A stretch of 64,000 nt of DNA, taken from NCBI RefSeq assembly GCF_006345805.1, contig NC_043006.1, positions 2,790,001-2,854,000 of the forward strand, given 5' to 3'. Positions 37,318 through 51,000 of the stretch are shown piece after piece; the first letter of the stretch is position 1, and each line of letters starts with the position of its first letter. The notes under the pieces were generated by a model that saw nothing but the letters and a program-made list of their open reading frames with translations, did no database searches and was not told where the DNA came from. The DNA is from Octopus sinensis (taxonomy: Eukaryota). The translations under genes were made by a program, and so were the position numbers.

Positions 37318-38516
37318 CCTCATTCCCCTCCCCTGTCATACTGTCTTCCAATCACTCTGTTTTTCCTTTTCATACTCTGGCCACTTCTTCAACATCACCC
37401 ATGTCCATCTTTTGCAATTGCCTTATTTTCTATACATTTTATTGACCATTGTTCATGAAACAAGTGGTGACAATATTGAGCAGTGAGGATCCTTTTGTCT
37501 TGCAGGGTGCAAGGTCCCCGCCCCCTTACAAGCGTTGGTAACTTGATGAAATGTACCCAATACACCCTATTAAGTGGTTTCACAATGAGTGTAGAAAATG
37601 TAGGCTGGGGAGGTTATGACAACCACTGTAGTGCTGGTGCCATGGTAAGATAATCCCACTGCATTCTGTTATGTAGATAGTGTTATGAAGGGCATCCTTC
37701 CATAGAACCCAAGCTTTAATGAAATGCACAAATGAGATGTGGTCCCTTAATCCATCTTGCAAGCAGTAACTTTGAATAAAATGGGACATCTTGCCCAAAG
37801 CAATTAAAAATGATGTAAAAAATAATAATGGTTGATGCTGCAAATAGCAACTGAGAAAGGATCCAAACTGTCAATAAAATCATCATTTTTACACCTGCTT
37901 TTCCATGCTGGCATGAGTTGAACAGGTCATTTTGGGCCAAATCCTCATCTGAAGTTTCTCCTTTCCTACTTGGGTTAGTGGCCAAGCTTTGCTTAGATGT
38001 CTCATTTTCGATATGTTTTCTATGGCCAGATGCTTTTCCTATCACCTTCCACTTTACAAAATACTGTGTACATTTTATTGTGGCACCCTCAGTATGACAA
38101 AGAGTTCTCTTGGCCCCAAATTATCTCCATTCATTTGCCAGTTACTTTATGACTTTATAAAATGTGCTGGCATTTTATCATGTAACCAGCATTAGAGAAG
38201 TTGCCTTGTCCTCTCAACTCCATCATTATCCCCATTCATTTCTTAACCACTCACTTTACAGAGTGTACTGGGGTACATTGTCTTGTACCTGGTAAAACTA
38301 AAGAATCTTCTCCGTGTTATGTTGTTTTCATTCAGTTATGACTACTAGAGAGTTTGTTTTGACCTCAAGAGATAAAAAGAGTGAGTGATGGAAGATCACC
38401 AGAGTGAAAGGGTGATAGAGGAGAGACTAGCAGAAGAGAGTGAGGTTGATAGTTACATGAAGATTGTTAGTAAGAAAATGATATATCCAGAAGATGATGC
38501 TCTCCTCATCTCTTTC

Positions 38517-38602
38517 CAGCCTGTCTAAACCCTTCACATTCACAGCCTGTCTAAACCCTTCACATTCACAGCCTATCTAAACCCTTCACATTCACAGCCT
38601 AT
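38517..38602. repeat. 26-bp minisatellite, 3.3 copies
   Basis: CAGCCTGTCTAAACCCTTCACATTCA x3 (one G>A) plus a partial unit. Confidence 0.95.
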
Positions 38603-38699
38603 GTCTTGCTCTCATGTAACATTGCACTTTGTACTCAAACATCATCCCTTACATACAAAATCTCTCCTCTACCAGTATGTCTTTTTCCATATCTTAGAA

Positions 38700-39260
38700 T
38701 GGAATTCCTACTTACACACTTTTGCATATCAAGTGCGACTACTTTCCTTCTGAGAGTTGGGTCTTGTCTTCATTCCAACTAATTAAAACTTAAGATTTTA
38801 CTACGTTTCTATTGAAACCCCTTAATTCTAGGCCTTCCTTTCAAATTTAGAATTTTCTTTCTAAATCTTCGACTGATTCAGATATGTCACTTGTGTGCTG
38901 GAGTTATACTACTCTGTTTTATCTTGGAGAACTATAATAAACAGAATGCAGCTGAGAACCAACCCCTTATGTGCATCTGCTTGCATGTTTAATTTCTGCT
39001 TGGTTCTAAAAAACATTTGCCTGTTCCTAGTTTTCTCAGCAACCACCAAATTACAAAGATTGGTACTCTGACAAGGCCTTCTCCAGATTATCTTTATATA
39101 GTGGCTTGCTCTTCTTAGCTATGAACTTTAGCAGTTGTCTCATTAGAAAACGAGTATTAGTTGTACCTTGTCCTGACTCAAATCTGAATTACATATAAAT
39201 CTAAGCTAATGTTTTACTGAATTAGATGTGCTTATAACTCCTTGTGTTGCTTTTGTAACT
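38700..39260 (-). mobile_element. Old RTE LINE reverse-transcriptase remnant
   Basis: Minus-strand fragments GQGTTNTRFLMRQL, LEKA, HKGLVLSCILFIIVLQ, SESVEDLERKF..KEGLELRG occur in RT order. Confidence 0.65.
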
Positions 39261-41724
39261 TGGTCCAAAAATTTGATGTCCCTAAAGTTGCTTCTTTCTG
39301 GAGCAGCTCATTTCGTTTTGCACCTGCTGTTAAGAAAAACTGCTTTGCCAGTCAAAGTGACACTCACCTGTATTACCTAATTGACTTTGCATGAATCCTA
39401 CTTGACCAGGTATTTTTAGTGCAGTAATCTCTCCACTGTCATGGGTGTTATGATCCAAAACCACCCTGCTGTAGATGAAAATCCGCAAAGTAGAAACAGT
39501 ACTGTATTGTATATATATTTTAAAATTATTTTTATAACTTGTTAATAATTTTGTTTTATTATAAATGCAAAACAACACCCCAGAGGAATGAACGTAAGTG
39601 TAAATAATAAACTGTGATAGGTGAACCACGGAATGGTGAGGGATTCTTGTATTTCAGTTTCTGTCCCTAAACACGATGGTCTGCCTGCCTTCCATCCTTC
39701 ATTTCATTTTCAAGCCTTAATCACACTTTCTGTTAGCTTCAATGGCCAAACCTCTGTTGAATGTGCTTGGTAGGTTCTCCTCTAGTTGCACATCTATGCT
39801 GCTTTGGTACCAGTGAGAGCTGGGCCCTGCAATTATTCTGACACACCGCTCTCCTCCTACATTTCAATTCTCTCTGGTAAAGTGATTTGCCATTTAGAAA
39901 ACTTCCTATTGCAAATCTCTTACTTTTAACTTCTCTTACTAAATACATCTGATGTTTAACTTCTCATGCAGTTACTTGGTATTGCTCTTTGCTCCCACCT
40001 TAACTCTTCTCTGCCTAGGCTAGTCCCTTAACTTCTGTGGGTTTGTCTACCATATTGTTTCATTATCATGTTACCTTCCATCTGGGTGGAACCTTACTCC
40101 AGTCACAGCTATGTTTTTCTGCTCTGTTGCCTCACAGCAGGTCGTCGTCTATGCTACGTCTCAATCTCGTGTCGATGAGTCTGTTGGGCGCTTTATGTTA
40201 TGTGTTGATCATTAGTTTATGTTGAGTGGTAGAGTCTTCGCCAGGAAACTCCTTGGTCTTCATAAGCAATAACTGGTCCTGTTTCTTGAACATACAGACT
40301 ATTTGGCTTGTGTCATCTGTAGTTAGTATTGCAGACAGATCATTTGCATAAAAGAAATCTTAGGAGCTTGGATCGGTGCTCCTCATTCTTCGTACAATAT
40401 CCTCAGGCTTCATGTAGTCTGGACAAATCATCATAATGTTAACCAACATCTCCATTGAAATGCTAGCAGTGATAATGCAGTCACAGTGTTTGGTGAATAA
40501 CTTCTTGCACATAATTTTTCTAAGCAGGATTTTCCCAGGTTGCTGGGAAAGAATGTGGTATTTCTGTGACTGATGCCAATATATTTGATCTCAAATAGAG
40601 TCACAAGTCATGACTCATCTTGCAAAATATATTACAGAGAATTAGACTTTGTCTTTGCATATCAATCAATTTAGATGTTTGTATCTTTGGTACCTTAGGC
40701 ACTATCTGGATTTCTGAAGCCCAACCTGCAATTAATTTTGATAGAAAAAAACAAAATGCATGGAAAATTGTTTCCTTTGCATTTAAATCCCTTTTTTCTT
40801 TTTATCAGAAAATTATTAATTTGCTACAGCTGGTGGCAGTGAAAAAGAGTTACATGTAAGGATTATAAGTAAGTAGGATAATATAGAGTGAGTAAGATCA
40901 AAGGTTGAGAGGTAAAATTGTCCATATTTTAAAAAATGTCTTGGATAATATTCAACTGACGTTGTTGAGTCTCTGATATCTCACTCTCTGATGTATTCAT
41001 CTTTGCATCATCAATGTATTGTTTTTGCTTCACTTTACTTTCCATCACTTATGATTTATGCTTTTACATGGTATCATGCTATTAATCTTATTTTTAATTC
41101 TCTTTTAAGTGTATTATTGAACCGTATCAAGTCATAAATACATAATACAAATTGTGTTTCTTCTATTGAATCTCATTGAGGTGTGTGATTCTTCATATTG
41201 TATAATTCATTACATTTATGCAGCTCTACCATGTTTTCTAACACGCATAGATCTAATTACTCCTTAAATATTTATATACTTTATAATTATTTTCTACCCC
41301 TCCCCTCCCCCCCATTTTCGTCTCTATAACTGGAATATTTGTATCTCTATAATCCTTCGATCGATTGGCTGTTCTCCTCTTTGCCAAGGGAGAGAATCAT
41401 TTGCCAATCCCTTTTTTTTTCCTTTTGGGTGTCAGTAGGAGGAATAAAACCTACATTCATTAATGTGACTGAATTTTCATTCATTAAAATTTTCTTTTCA
41501 TCCTAGATTTCGTTAGTGTTTGCATTAGTGTTATTTCAGCCTTGCTGGACATCATCAGTATGAAGCAGTTGATTTCTAATGCATCAAATTACATTATTAT
41601 TAACTTTATAGGAAGAAAGAGTAAGGAATATAGGGAGGTATACAATGAAAGTATTTCTTTATGATAAAGGTGTTATTGTTTACAGTTCATACGTAATATA
41701 AGACTCAGCTACTGAGCCATGAAT

Positions 41725-41953
41725 TAGTACCGGGCTGTGGATCATTTGGTACCGGACCCCACAGACAGATAAATTTTATTTCTATTTTATTGACCATTGC
41801 AGTCTGTAGCATGTTTTTGTATTATATACGTAATGATTAAATTATATATAATGCACTTTATTATGTTTTGTTATGTGTGTGATCAGCCAGTCAGTGGTAA
41901 AAATTGTCTTGTATGAAACTGGTCCCTGGTGCAGAAACGATTGGGGTCTGTTG
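41725..41953 (+). mobile_element. hAT-Charlie-like MITE fragment
   Basis: Right end AAAAATTGTCTTGTATGAAACTGGTCCCTGGTGCAGAAACGATTGGGGTCTGTTG resembles MER1/Charlie termini (recalled). Left TIR not found. Confidence 0.55.
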
Positions 41954-41987
41954 GTATAAGAGATGGAGAAATAGCAGCGGTAGTAAA

Positions 41988-42585
41988 TCATCATCATCAT
42001 CATCATCGTTTAACGTCCGTTTTCCATCCTAGAATGGGTTGGACGGTTCAACCGGGGTCTGGGAAGCCAGGTGCTGCATCAGGCTCCAGTCTGATCTGGC
42101 AGAGTTTCTACAGCTGGATGCCCTTCCTAACGCCAACCACTCCGTGAGTGTAGTGGGTGCTTTTTACGTGCCATGGCACAGGTGCCAGGGGAGGCTGGCA
42201 GCAGCTGCGATTGGTTGGTGCTTTTTATGTGCTATCGGCACGGAAGCCAGTCAAGGTGGCGCTGGCATTGGCCACGTTCGGATGGTGCTTTTTATGTCCC
42301 ACTGGCACAGGTATCACAACTACAATTTCCATTTGATTTTTGATGTTGATGTACTTGACTCATTAGATCTCTTCAAGCACAGCAGGTCGCCCTACGATCC
42401 AAGGTAAGCACAGCAGGCCGTCCTGTGATCCAAGGCACTTTGGATGGGCTGGGGTTTCTATGTGAAGTTGGTGTAGGAAACAGCCATGAACTCAGGTTAT
42501 TTGTTGGGTCTTTGCAGTCACAGCATATCTCCAGAGGTCTCGGTCTTTCATCATTGCCTTCTGTGAGACCCAACGTTCGACGGTC
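41988..42585 (-). mobile_element. RTE LINE 3' end
   Basis: (CAT)n, three hairpin units and RRTLGLTE fragment matching 28370-28440. Confidence 0.88.
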
Positions 42586-42684
42586 AGAATTTATATACAT
42601 GTGGAAAAAGTTGAGAATAATCTAAACTTTTTGTCTTTCTGCAAACATTGCCAATGTCACCTTTTGTCCTGCAATCTCAACCAC

Positions 42685-42901
42685 CAGGTGAGCTGGCAGA
42701 GAGTTATTAGTATGTTGCTTTCCAGTATTTGTTCTGGTTCTTTATGTTCTGAGTTCAAATCCTGCTGAGGTCAACTTTGCTTTCCACCCTCTTTTGGTGT
42801 GGTCAGTGAAATAAAGTTTCAGTCAAGTTCTGGGATTGATGGCATCAACTACTTCTCCTCATCTCCTCAAAATTTCTGACCTTGTGCCTGAATCAGAAAC
42901 A
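42685..42901 (+). mobile_element. SINE family C, diverged
   Basis: GGTGAGCTGGCAGA, GAGTTCAAATCC B box, GTCAACTTTGCTTTCCACCC core. Confidence 0.7.
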
Positions 42902-43757
42902 TTTGTATCACAAACATCCATTGGTTCCTTGGCAATGACCTTTAACCCCCCAGTCATTTCTTGTGAACTATTTATTCCTTTACACATAAGTTCAGGCATC
43001 AATCTACAGCATGTGTACACTTGCAGCCGTTGTCACTCATTGTTAGTGTTTTACAGTTGCTTGGTCAGAACTTTTATATCAAAGTAATCTCTCAGTTAAT
43101 TGGCTGTTCTCTATGGCAAAGGAGATAATTGTTTTGCCAGTTTTTTTTTTTTTATTAGTGAGTGGAATAAAAATACATTCATTAATATGATTAAATTTAC
43201 ATTCTTTAATTTATATATATATGTAGCAACATTTTGTAAACAAGCTTTTATTTGGAAGTGTTGAATGTTCTTTGTATTTTACAGACATGAAAGTGATATT
43301 TCGAACAAAGTATAACCATGTAAAACAGCAGAAAGATTACTTCTTGTCTGCAATATATATTTATATATATATATATATATATAATCATCATCATCATTAT
43401 TTAATGTCTATTTTCCATGGTTTGGATGGTTTGACAGGAACTGGCTATCTGGAAAGTTGCACTAGGCTTCACTCGTCTTTTGTCGCGTGGTTTCTATGGG
43501 CGGATGTCCTTTCTAATGTGAATTATTTTACAGAGCATACTGGATGATTTTTACATAGTACCAGAATAGTGGCTCTTTTACATAGCACCAGAACAGGTGC
43601 TTCTTTTACCATGGTACCAGCATGAGTGCTTTTACCATGGCGCTCACATGTTGTGTACATGTGTGTGTGTGTATGTATATATATATATATATTATATATA
43701 TATATATATATACCATGGCACTGGCATGTTATATATATATATGATGGACTATATATA

Positions 43758-44137
43758 GGTGCAGGAGTGGCTGTGTGGTAAGTAGCTTGCTTACAAACCA
43801 CATGGTTCCGGTTCAGTCCTACTGTGTGGCACCTTGGGCAAGTGTCTTCTACTATAGCCTCAGGTTGGCCAAAGCCTTGTGAGTGGATTTTGTTGGCAGA
43901 AACTGAAAGAAGCCCGTCGTATATATATGTATACATATGTGTGTCTGTGTTTGTCCCTCCAACATCGCTTGACAACCAGTGCTGGTGTGTTTACGTCCAT
44001 GTAACTTAGCGGTTCGGCAAAAGAGACCGGTGGAATAAGTACTAGGCTTACAAAGAATAAGTCCTGGGGTTGATTTGCTCGACTTAAGGCAGTGCTCCAG
44101 CATGGCCACAGTCAAATGACTAAAACAAGTAAAAGAG
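43758..44137 (+). mobile_element. SINE family A, full length
   Basis: Colinear with 6722-7125 from head to tail. Confidence 0.92.
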
Positions 44138-44289
44138 ACTCTTGTGTTGTTAGGTGACATATGAGGGTTCAACAATTTCTTACCAAACAACCACACAAAG
44201 GATTTGTTTATAGTGACCAAAATGTTTGTGTAGACTTAAGCTAACTCCATTACCTGTACAAGTGCAACAGGTGCCACATGTCAAATGTG

Positions 44290-44419
44290 GAAATTGTTGC
44301 AGAGCAACATGAAATGAAGTGCTTTGCTCAAGAACACAATGCAATGCCTGGGTCTGGGAATCAAACCCTGAGCTTGCAATTGTGAGTGCACCACCTTAAC
44401 CACTAAGCCATGTGCCTTC
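44290..44419 (-). mobile_element. SINE family B head/core
   Basis: Reverse complement GAAGGCACATGGCTTAGTGGTTAAGG...GTGTTCTTGAGCAAAGCACTT. Confidence 0.78.
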
Positions 44420-44764
44420 ACACACACACACACATATACAATAGATGCAGGCATGGCTTTATTAAGAAGTTCATTTTGCAACCAGCCCCATGGTTTCAAG
44501 CTCAGTCCCTATACACAACGTTTTCAGCTTGTATCTCCTTCCGTAGCTTCAGGTTGGTTTATGCTTTCTGAGTGAATTAGTACATAGAAACTGGTGGAAC
44601 TCTGCTGCCCTAATGAATATCATCTAACCCATACAAGCTTAGAAAAGTGGACCTTAAAACGATGAGGATATTTTATTTCAGGGGATCCTGCCATGTAGGG
44701 GTCTCCGTCACGGATGCTTACATACATAAAAACATGCATTAAATAAGAAAACACTGTTGTTGGG

Positions 44765-45156
44765 TACTCTTTACTCTTTTATTTGTTTCAGTCATTTGAC
44801 TGTGGCCATGCTGGAGCACCGCCTTTAGTCGAGCAAATCGACCCCAGGACTTATTCTTTGTAAGCCCAGTACTTATTCTATCGGTCTCTTTTGCTGAACC
44901 ACTAAGTTACGGGGACGTAAACACACCATCATCAGTTGTCAAGCAATGTTGGGGGGACAAACACAGGCACACAAGCATATATACATATATATACGACGGG
45001 CTTCTTTCAGTTTCTGCCTACCAAATCCACTCACAAGGCTTTGGCCAGCTTGAGGCTATAGTAGAAGACACTTGCCCAAGGTGCCATGCAGTGGGACTGA
45101 ACCTGGAACCATGTGGTTCATAAGCAAGCTGCTTACCACACAGCCACTCCTACACC
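44765..45156 (-). mobile_element. SINE family A, full length
   Basis: Reverse complement colinear with 43758-44137. Confidence 0.92.
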
Positions 45157-45672
45157 TACATAATTTACTAACTTTATCTTTTCTTTTTTTGTTTGGCTTA
45201 GTTGTTGATCTTAATCTTGTTAGAAGGTAAAATTCATCTGTCATTTAAAATGTTATCTAATTTCCTTGCGTACGATGACTATGTTTAACGTAATGAATAT
45301 ACTTGACTTGCCTGCATTACTTTTGGGCAACGTAGGTATGCACAATTACAGCATGCTTGTGTTAAGTTATTAAAAGGAGGCTTCCATTAACGTGACACTG
45401 TTTTTAATGCCTGGAGAACATCACACACGCATCAGTTGTTGGTGCTGTTTGTATAGGATTTTATTTAAGGAATTCTGTATTTGGAAACCGTTGATAATCC
45501 CGTTTGGGTTCATTCAGTTTTGTATTCCTTTACTGGTTTCATTGTTGTTGTTGTGCTTGTTGTTTAATCCCAATCAATCCTAATGGAATAAACCTATGGT
45601 TAAAAAGGCCTTCAAGTTGTGACCATCCCATGTTTTCTGATATCAGAGGCTTGTTGTATTGGTTAATATCTA

Positions 45673-45771
<99 letters not shown>

Positions 45772-46752
45772 CCATTATTCAAGCCTTAGAGTTTGATTTG
45801 GGACATTGTTCAAGAAGAGTTTTGAAGCAATTTGTTTATGTCAGCAATACTGCTGAAATCACTAGCATTTTCCTCTTTCCCTCTGTTTACGCATCTCTCA
45901 TTCACTATCACTCTCTCTAAATAATCCACTATGAGAGAGAGGGTGAGTGAGAGAGAGAGAGAGAGGCTGACAGAAGAAGAAGAAGAAAGCTTAGGTAGGC
46001 TGAAGAAAGGATGAAAACATTTTGCTTTGATGCAAAAGTATTTCTAAACCTTTCCTTTCCTGACAACTCTTTAGTTTATTTGTTTCTCGGTTTTCTTTTA
46101 TCTTTCTTGATCTTTCTTGACATACAGAAGGATGTGGTTTGAGAGAGATTTGGCTGCTATTTCTCAAAATAAACCATTCCTGTGAGATGGCAATGATAAA
46201 CCCTTGATTTAATAAACTAATAGTGTGGGAAGTTTATCTGTTAATGCCAAAAGTTTGTTAGGTATTTGGAGGTAGAGGTGAAGGGGATCCATCACCTTCT
46301 GAAATGTGCACAAATGGAGAGACAGCTGTGGGAGTAAGCTCCAAGAAAGTGCTTGTAGACAGCTGTAAAAGTTAGCTTCAGGGAACATGGAAAGGCTATT
46401 TAATAATCCGTGTGTGTGTTTATCAATGTATATCTTGTTTTTGCAAAATTGTATATCCCATACCTGTTTGTCATATGTGGAAAATGTAAAGAGTTGCCTT
46501 CGGGAACAGTATCTTGTAAAATACTGCCCCCAAAAGCCCTACCCATCTCATGCCAGCATGAAAAAGCAGTCCTAAAACCTTGATGTTGATGATATGTATG
46601 TAGTATGGGTGTGTGGTTGAAATTTTTTCACAGCCACATAGTTTCAAGTTCACTCCCACTGTGTGGCACCTTGGGCAAATGTTTTCTATAGTGCTGGGCC
46701 CATCAAAACCTTACAAGATGTAGCAGAAGAAAGTAGAGGACAGTCATATAGA

Positions 46753-46950
46753 CAGGGTGGGATGGGTAAATTGTCGTTATTTCATTGTTTTAATTTTGCA
46801 GATGTGCACTGTTTGTTTTTCATTTTGTTGATTACATAGTATAGTGGGGTCAGTTGGGCACCATCTGTAAGAAAAATATAACCATGATGCAATTCACTCT
46901 ACCAGAAATTTGGAAATGAAATGCTGTACTGCTTGGCATTCACACTGGAG
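46753..46950 (+). mobile_element. 5' fragment of the maT-like element seen at 7822
   Basis: CAGGGTG...TTTTCATTTTGTTGA...GGTCAGTTGGGCA...CAATTCACTCT.CCAGAAATT.GG...ATGCTGTACTGCTTGGCA aligns with 7822-8010. Confidence 0.8.
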
Positions 46951-47227
46951 GTACTTGCCCAGTGGGACTGAACTTGGAACCATGTGGTTAGTAAGCAAGC
47001 TTCTTGTCACATCTGTGCCTATGTAAAATCTTATACACACACATATATATATATAGTTTTTATAATTTTGCTTTTCTAATAGAAACCAGAAAAAATAAAT
47101 ATAGGGCCGCAGGTAGAAGTGCTCAAGTAAAACCGAGACAAAGAAAATATATTCAAAAAGATAAAATAAACAAACGTTTTTGGTGTTTGACCAACTAGGA
47201 TGTTTGTTCATGATATCCTTTTGAATT

Positions 47228-47276
<49 letters not shown>

Positions 47277-47496
47277 AAAGGGTTGTATGTTATGGCTGAT
47301 CGGAGTGTGACCATTATCAGTTGTAGAGTGGTTGTGTGCCTCTGGTTAACAAGTTTCATGAGTCACCTATACATTGAAGAGCTTTATATAGGTGCAAAAC
47401 TAATTGGTCACTCTCTCACCGACCATAATTTATGACTTTCTAAGTATTATTGTTTTAATGCTTTAGAATGTACTTCATTTTGGATTTATGGGTATG

Positions 47497-47528
<32 letters not shown>

Positions 47529-47544
47529 AATTCACATAAAAGTA

Positions 47545-47735
47545 CTGGTGCTACATAAAAAGCACCCAGTACACTCTGTGGAGGTTGGCATTAGGATGGG
47601 CATCCAATCCTAGAAACCATTCCATAACAGACAATGGAGTCTGGTGTGGTGTTTGGCCTTATCAGCTCCGGTCAAACTGTCCAACCTCTGTCAGCATGGA
47701 AAACAGACGTTAGATGATGATGATGATGATGATGA
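47545..47735 (+). mobile_element. RTE-type 3' tail fragment
   Basis: TAAAAAGCACCCAGTACACTC, TTGGCATTAGGATGGGCATCC, GCATGGAAAACAGACGTTAGA(TGA)n. Confidence 0.75.
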
Positions 47736-48058
47736 TATGTAGTCTATTATCTTTTATGTTTTATATACATTTGTGCTCTTATGCTTTTCTTTAACAAACG
47801 ACCCTTTGTTCTGCATTTCAAGCCTTCAGGCTGTATATACTAAAAGATCCTGGTGAAATTGTTGTAATATTCCTGGAAATTTATTGTCATTCTCTGTTGT
47901 TTGGGAAAGAAAAGGCAAAGATTTACAGCTTTATTTGATTCAGTATTGTTGTTAATATTTGTTTTATATTTTCAGCTGAAATATGTTAAATGCATTATAT
48001 CTAACAAATAGTTTTTTTCTCTCTCACAAGCCTTTTATGATTAATTTTCTCAGGTCTG

Positions 48059-48090
<32 letters not shown>

Positions 48091-51000
48091 TAAACAAAAT
48101 TGTAAAAGCTTATTCATGAATTTGATTTTGAGGATTTTTGGTTTTGTCTTTTTCTTTTGTGAGTTGTGAAAAGCTGCATGCTAGGAAAAAGCAAAAAAAA
48201 AAAAAAAAAAGAATTGGGTGAGGTTTGAGTACAAATGTGTGTGTGTAAAATAAAAATAAAAAAAAATTTTTTAAAGTCCCTTAATAGCAAACTACTGAAA
48301 TTATGCTCTAGAGGAATCAAATTTAAGATTAGTGTGGAAAGCAACTCCTACATTTGGCATTATTGCAAATGGAAAAAAAACAATTCTTTTGTTTTTGGTG
48401 TGCATAGAAATAGAGGAGATGGTAAATGAGCATTCATTAAGACAACTTTTAGGAGTGACAGAACCGTAGTTTTCATCAAAACATATTCAACAGAATGTAG
48501 GGTAGTGGAAGTCTTCTCTGCACTTCTCTGCTACTTTGTTAGTGAGACAAGGAAGATAAACTCTGAGGATGGTTATTCTGAGAGAAAGAAAAAAAAAAGC
48601 CCCAAGAAACTGTGATAATTGGTCAAAAGGCAGTTCCAACAGACTGGATTTCTGGCTGATTCCGGTGGCTGGGAATTGGTAATGAGTCATCTTAGGTCAT
48701 CCGTGCCATTAGATCTGTCTTCTTCACAGGGAAGATAGTGAAACTGGGAGATGTGCATCTTTAACAAGACTTTCAAAAGTTCATGGTACAGCTGTTTTCT
48801 CTTGTGGATTATGGTTCCTGGATTTCAAGGGTAGGTTCAGGGTGTCATGTCTGTGGACATTGGGTTGTCTCCCTTGGCTTCGTTTGGCTGATTTAATCAT
48901 TGTTCAGCTATGTTTGTCTCTTCTTGTTACAAACAGTTTTAATTGAAGACCATTAAACTGTATTCCATTGAGCCACCTAATAAGGATGTTTTTTCTCTTT
49001 TATTTTTTTAGTGTTATATCAACATTTTTTGTTTCTTATTGTTGAGGGGAGAGGGATTATGGCTATTTGGAGACACTTGGAGCAATTGTTTTTACAGCTG
49101 GATGCCCTATCGGCTGGGAGCCATTCAACTGTGAACTTAAAAATTAAACAAGTTTACTTCTTGCTTCAGACCAACTAAGCTGTGCTGGTATAGAAAAATA
49201 ATATAGAACTGTTTAAATAAACTAAAAGTAGTAAATACCATACTTATATTAAGAGAAGCCTTCCATCATAAACATTCTTTAGAACTAACCATTGATGCTT
49301 TTATGTACAGAATCTGAGATTAGGTCATGAGATGTTTTAGTAGTTTATTAATTTTCTTTGTAAAGTATTAACTGAAAACAAATTACTGCGAAGGTCAGTG
49401 GCAATTTGTCAATTTTCTAAGGTTTGTAACTGGTTGTGAATATATCAATGGGGGATCAAATTGAGCAAAACATTCCAGAGTTTTCATTCAAGATATATTT
49501 TTTAATGATGAATGTTGTGAGAATCATGTAATTTAGGGTTAATTTTTTATATTTCTCATTCTGGAATTTATTTATAGCAAATACTTTGTTAGATAAGTTG
49601 AGTGATGTAAGATTGCCTTGTTTGCTTTGATGGTTCTTTTTCTTAGAAAGACTTTGTTCCATCATGCATTCAAAGAAAATAAATGTCAAAACTGAAGTTA
49701 ACGTGAGATGTTTAGTAATTTTTTTCTCTTCTTTCAGTGTTTTTTTTAAACAAATATACTTTATGTTGTGTTTTTTTCATGCATATTTTTAGTTAAGATG
49801 GCACATTGGATGAAAATTTTTGATTGGACAAAATATAGTCAGTTTTGTGAGTTTAATAGAGTATTAGCCAAAATATTTTTAATTGGAAGAAATATTCGTC
49901 AGTTTACTCAACATGAATCATACTTATGAAAATAATAAATACTACAACCCCAATTATCAACATTTTTTAATGAATCACTTAAAAACATTGATTTAGGCTT
50001 AAAATTGTTTTAGATAGGTTGGAATCTCAATTGGCTTAAAGAATACTTGTTAGAGCAGTGTATTTTTATTTCGCACTTTAATAGTTCTCTTTCCATATTA
50101 GCACCAACAAGGTCAGTAAATGTTTAATTCATGGTTAGACAGGTTGTTTGTGTCCGTTGTGCTTGCTTTGCTTTTGGTGCTATAAAGTATGTTTTCTTTG
50201 CTGAATCAGAGAATGTAACTTGAAATCACTAAGTAGGGTTAAATTTTAGTCAAGTGTAATTTAGTTGCTTTTAAAACCTCCCTTCTACTTTTAATTCTTT
50301 CTGCTCACTAAGATAATTAGAAGGAGAAAAAAAAAATAATGCAATTAGAATTCTTGACAGAGATAATTAAGTTGTGTGCATTGTTGTGGCCTTATATGGA
50401 TAGTATGACAGTTATTACTACAAACATTATTAGTCTATATGGGAATTTTGAAATTTTAGCTATTTCTGTTTCAAAACCCTTAGAAAATTGTTCCATTGTC
50501 CTGAAGTCTTTCAATGTGAAGTATTGTGCTTTAAAATTGGATTTCAATGTCGTTTTGTGTTTTTTTAAACTTGAATCTTGAGGGTTACAGGATGTAAGTA
50601 ATTAATAAGAGGATTACTGACTTTAAACCTGTCACTGCCATATGGGTGCAAACATAAAGTGGTAGAGATAAGAATAAAAGTAACAGATGTTTGTATATTT
50701 GTGTTGATGTTGTGATTCAGGAAGAATCATAGAACAATGACCTTTTCAAGACAAGTGCAATCAGCTTTCTTTCTTTATTTCTTTCTCTGTTCGTCATTGA
50801 ACCATGAAAAGAACTACCACCATATTTATTTTACTAATTGAAAGCTCAGCAAGTATAAGACATTGGCCAGTTTTGTTGTTAAGTCATGCGAGGAATTATG
50901 ATAGGTATAAGATTAAGGAAGTACCATAAACTGGAGGTACCCAGCATTGAGGCTAATTGAAATTCAACTCTTCTATGTTCCCCATATCAATAAAAACAGT

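Noticed and set aside
47987-48005. TAAATGCATTAT resembling the 5' end of miR-277
   Set aside because: The match stops after about 12 nt and no precursor hairpin is evident.
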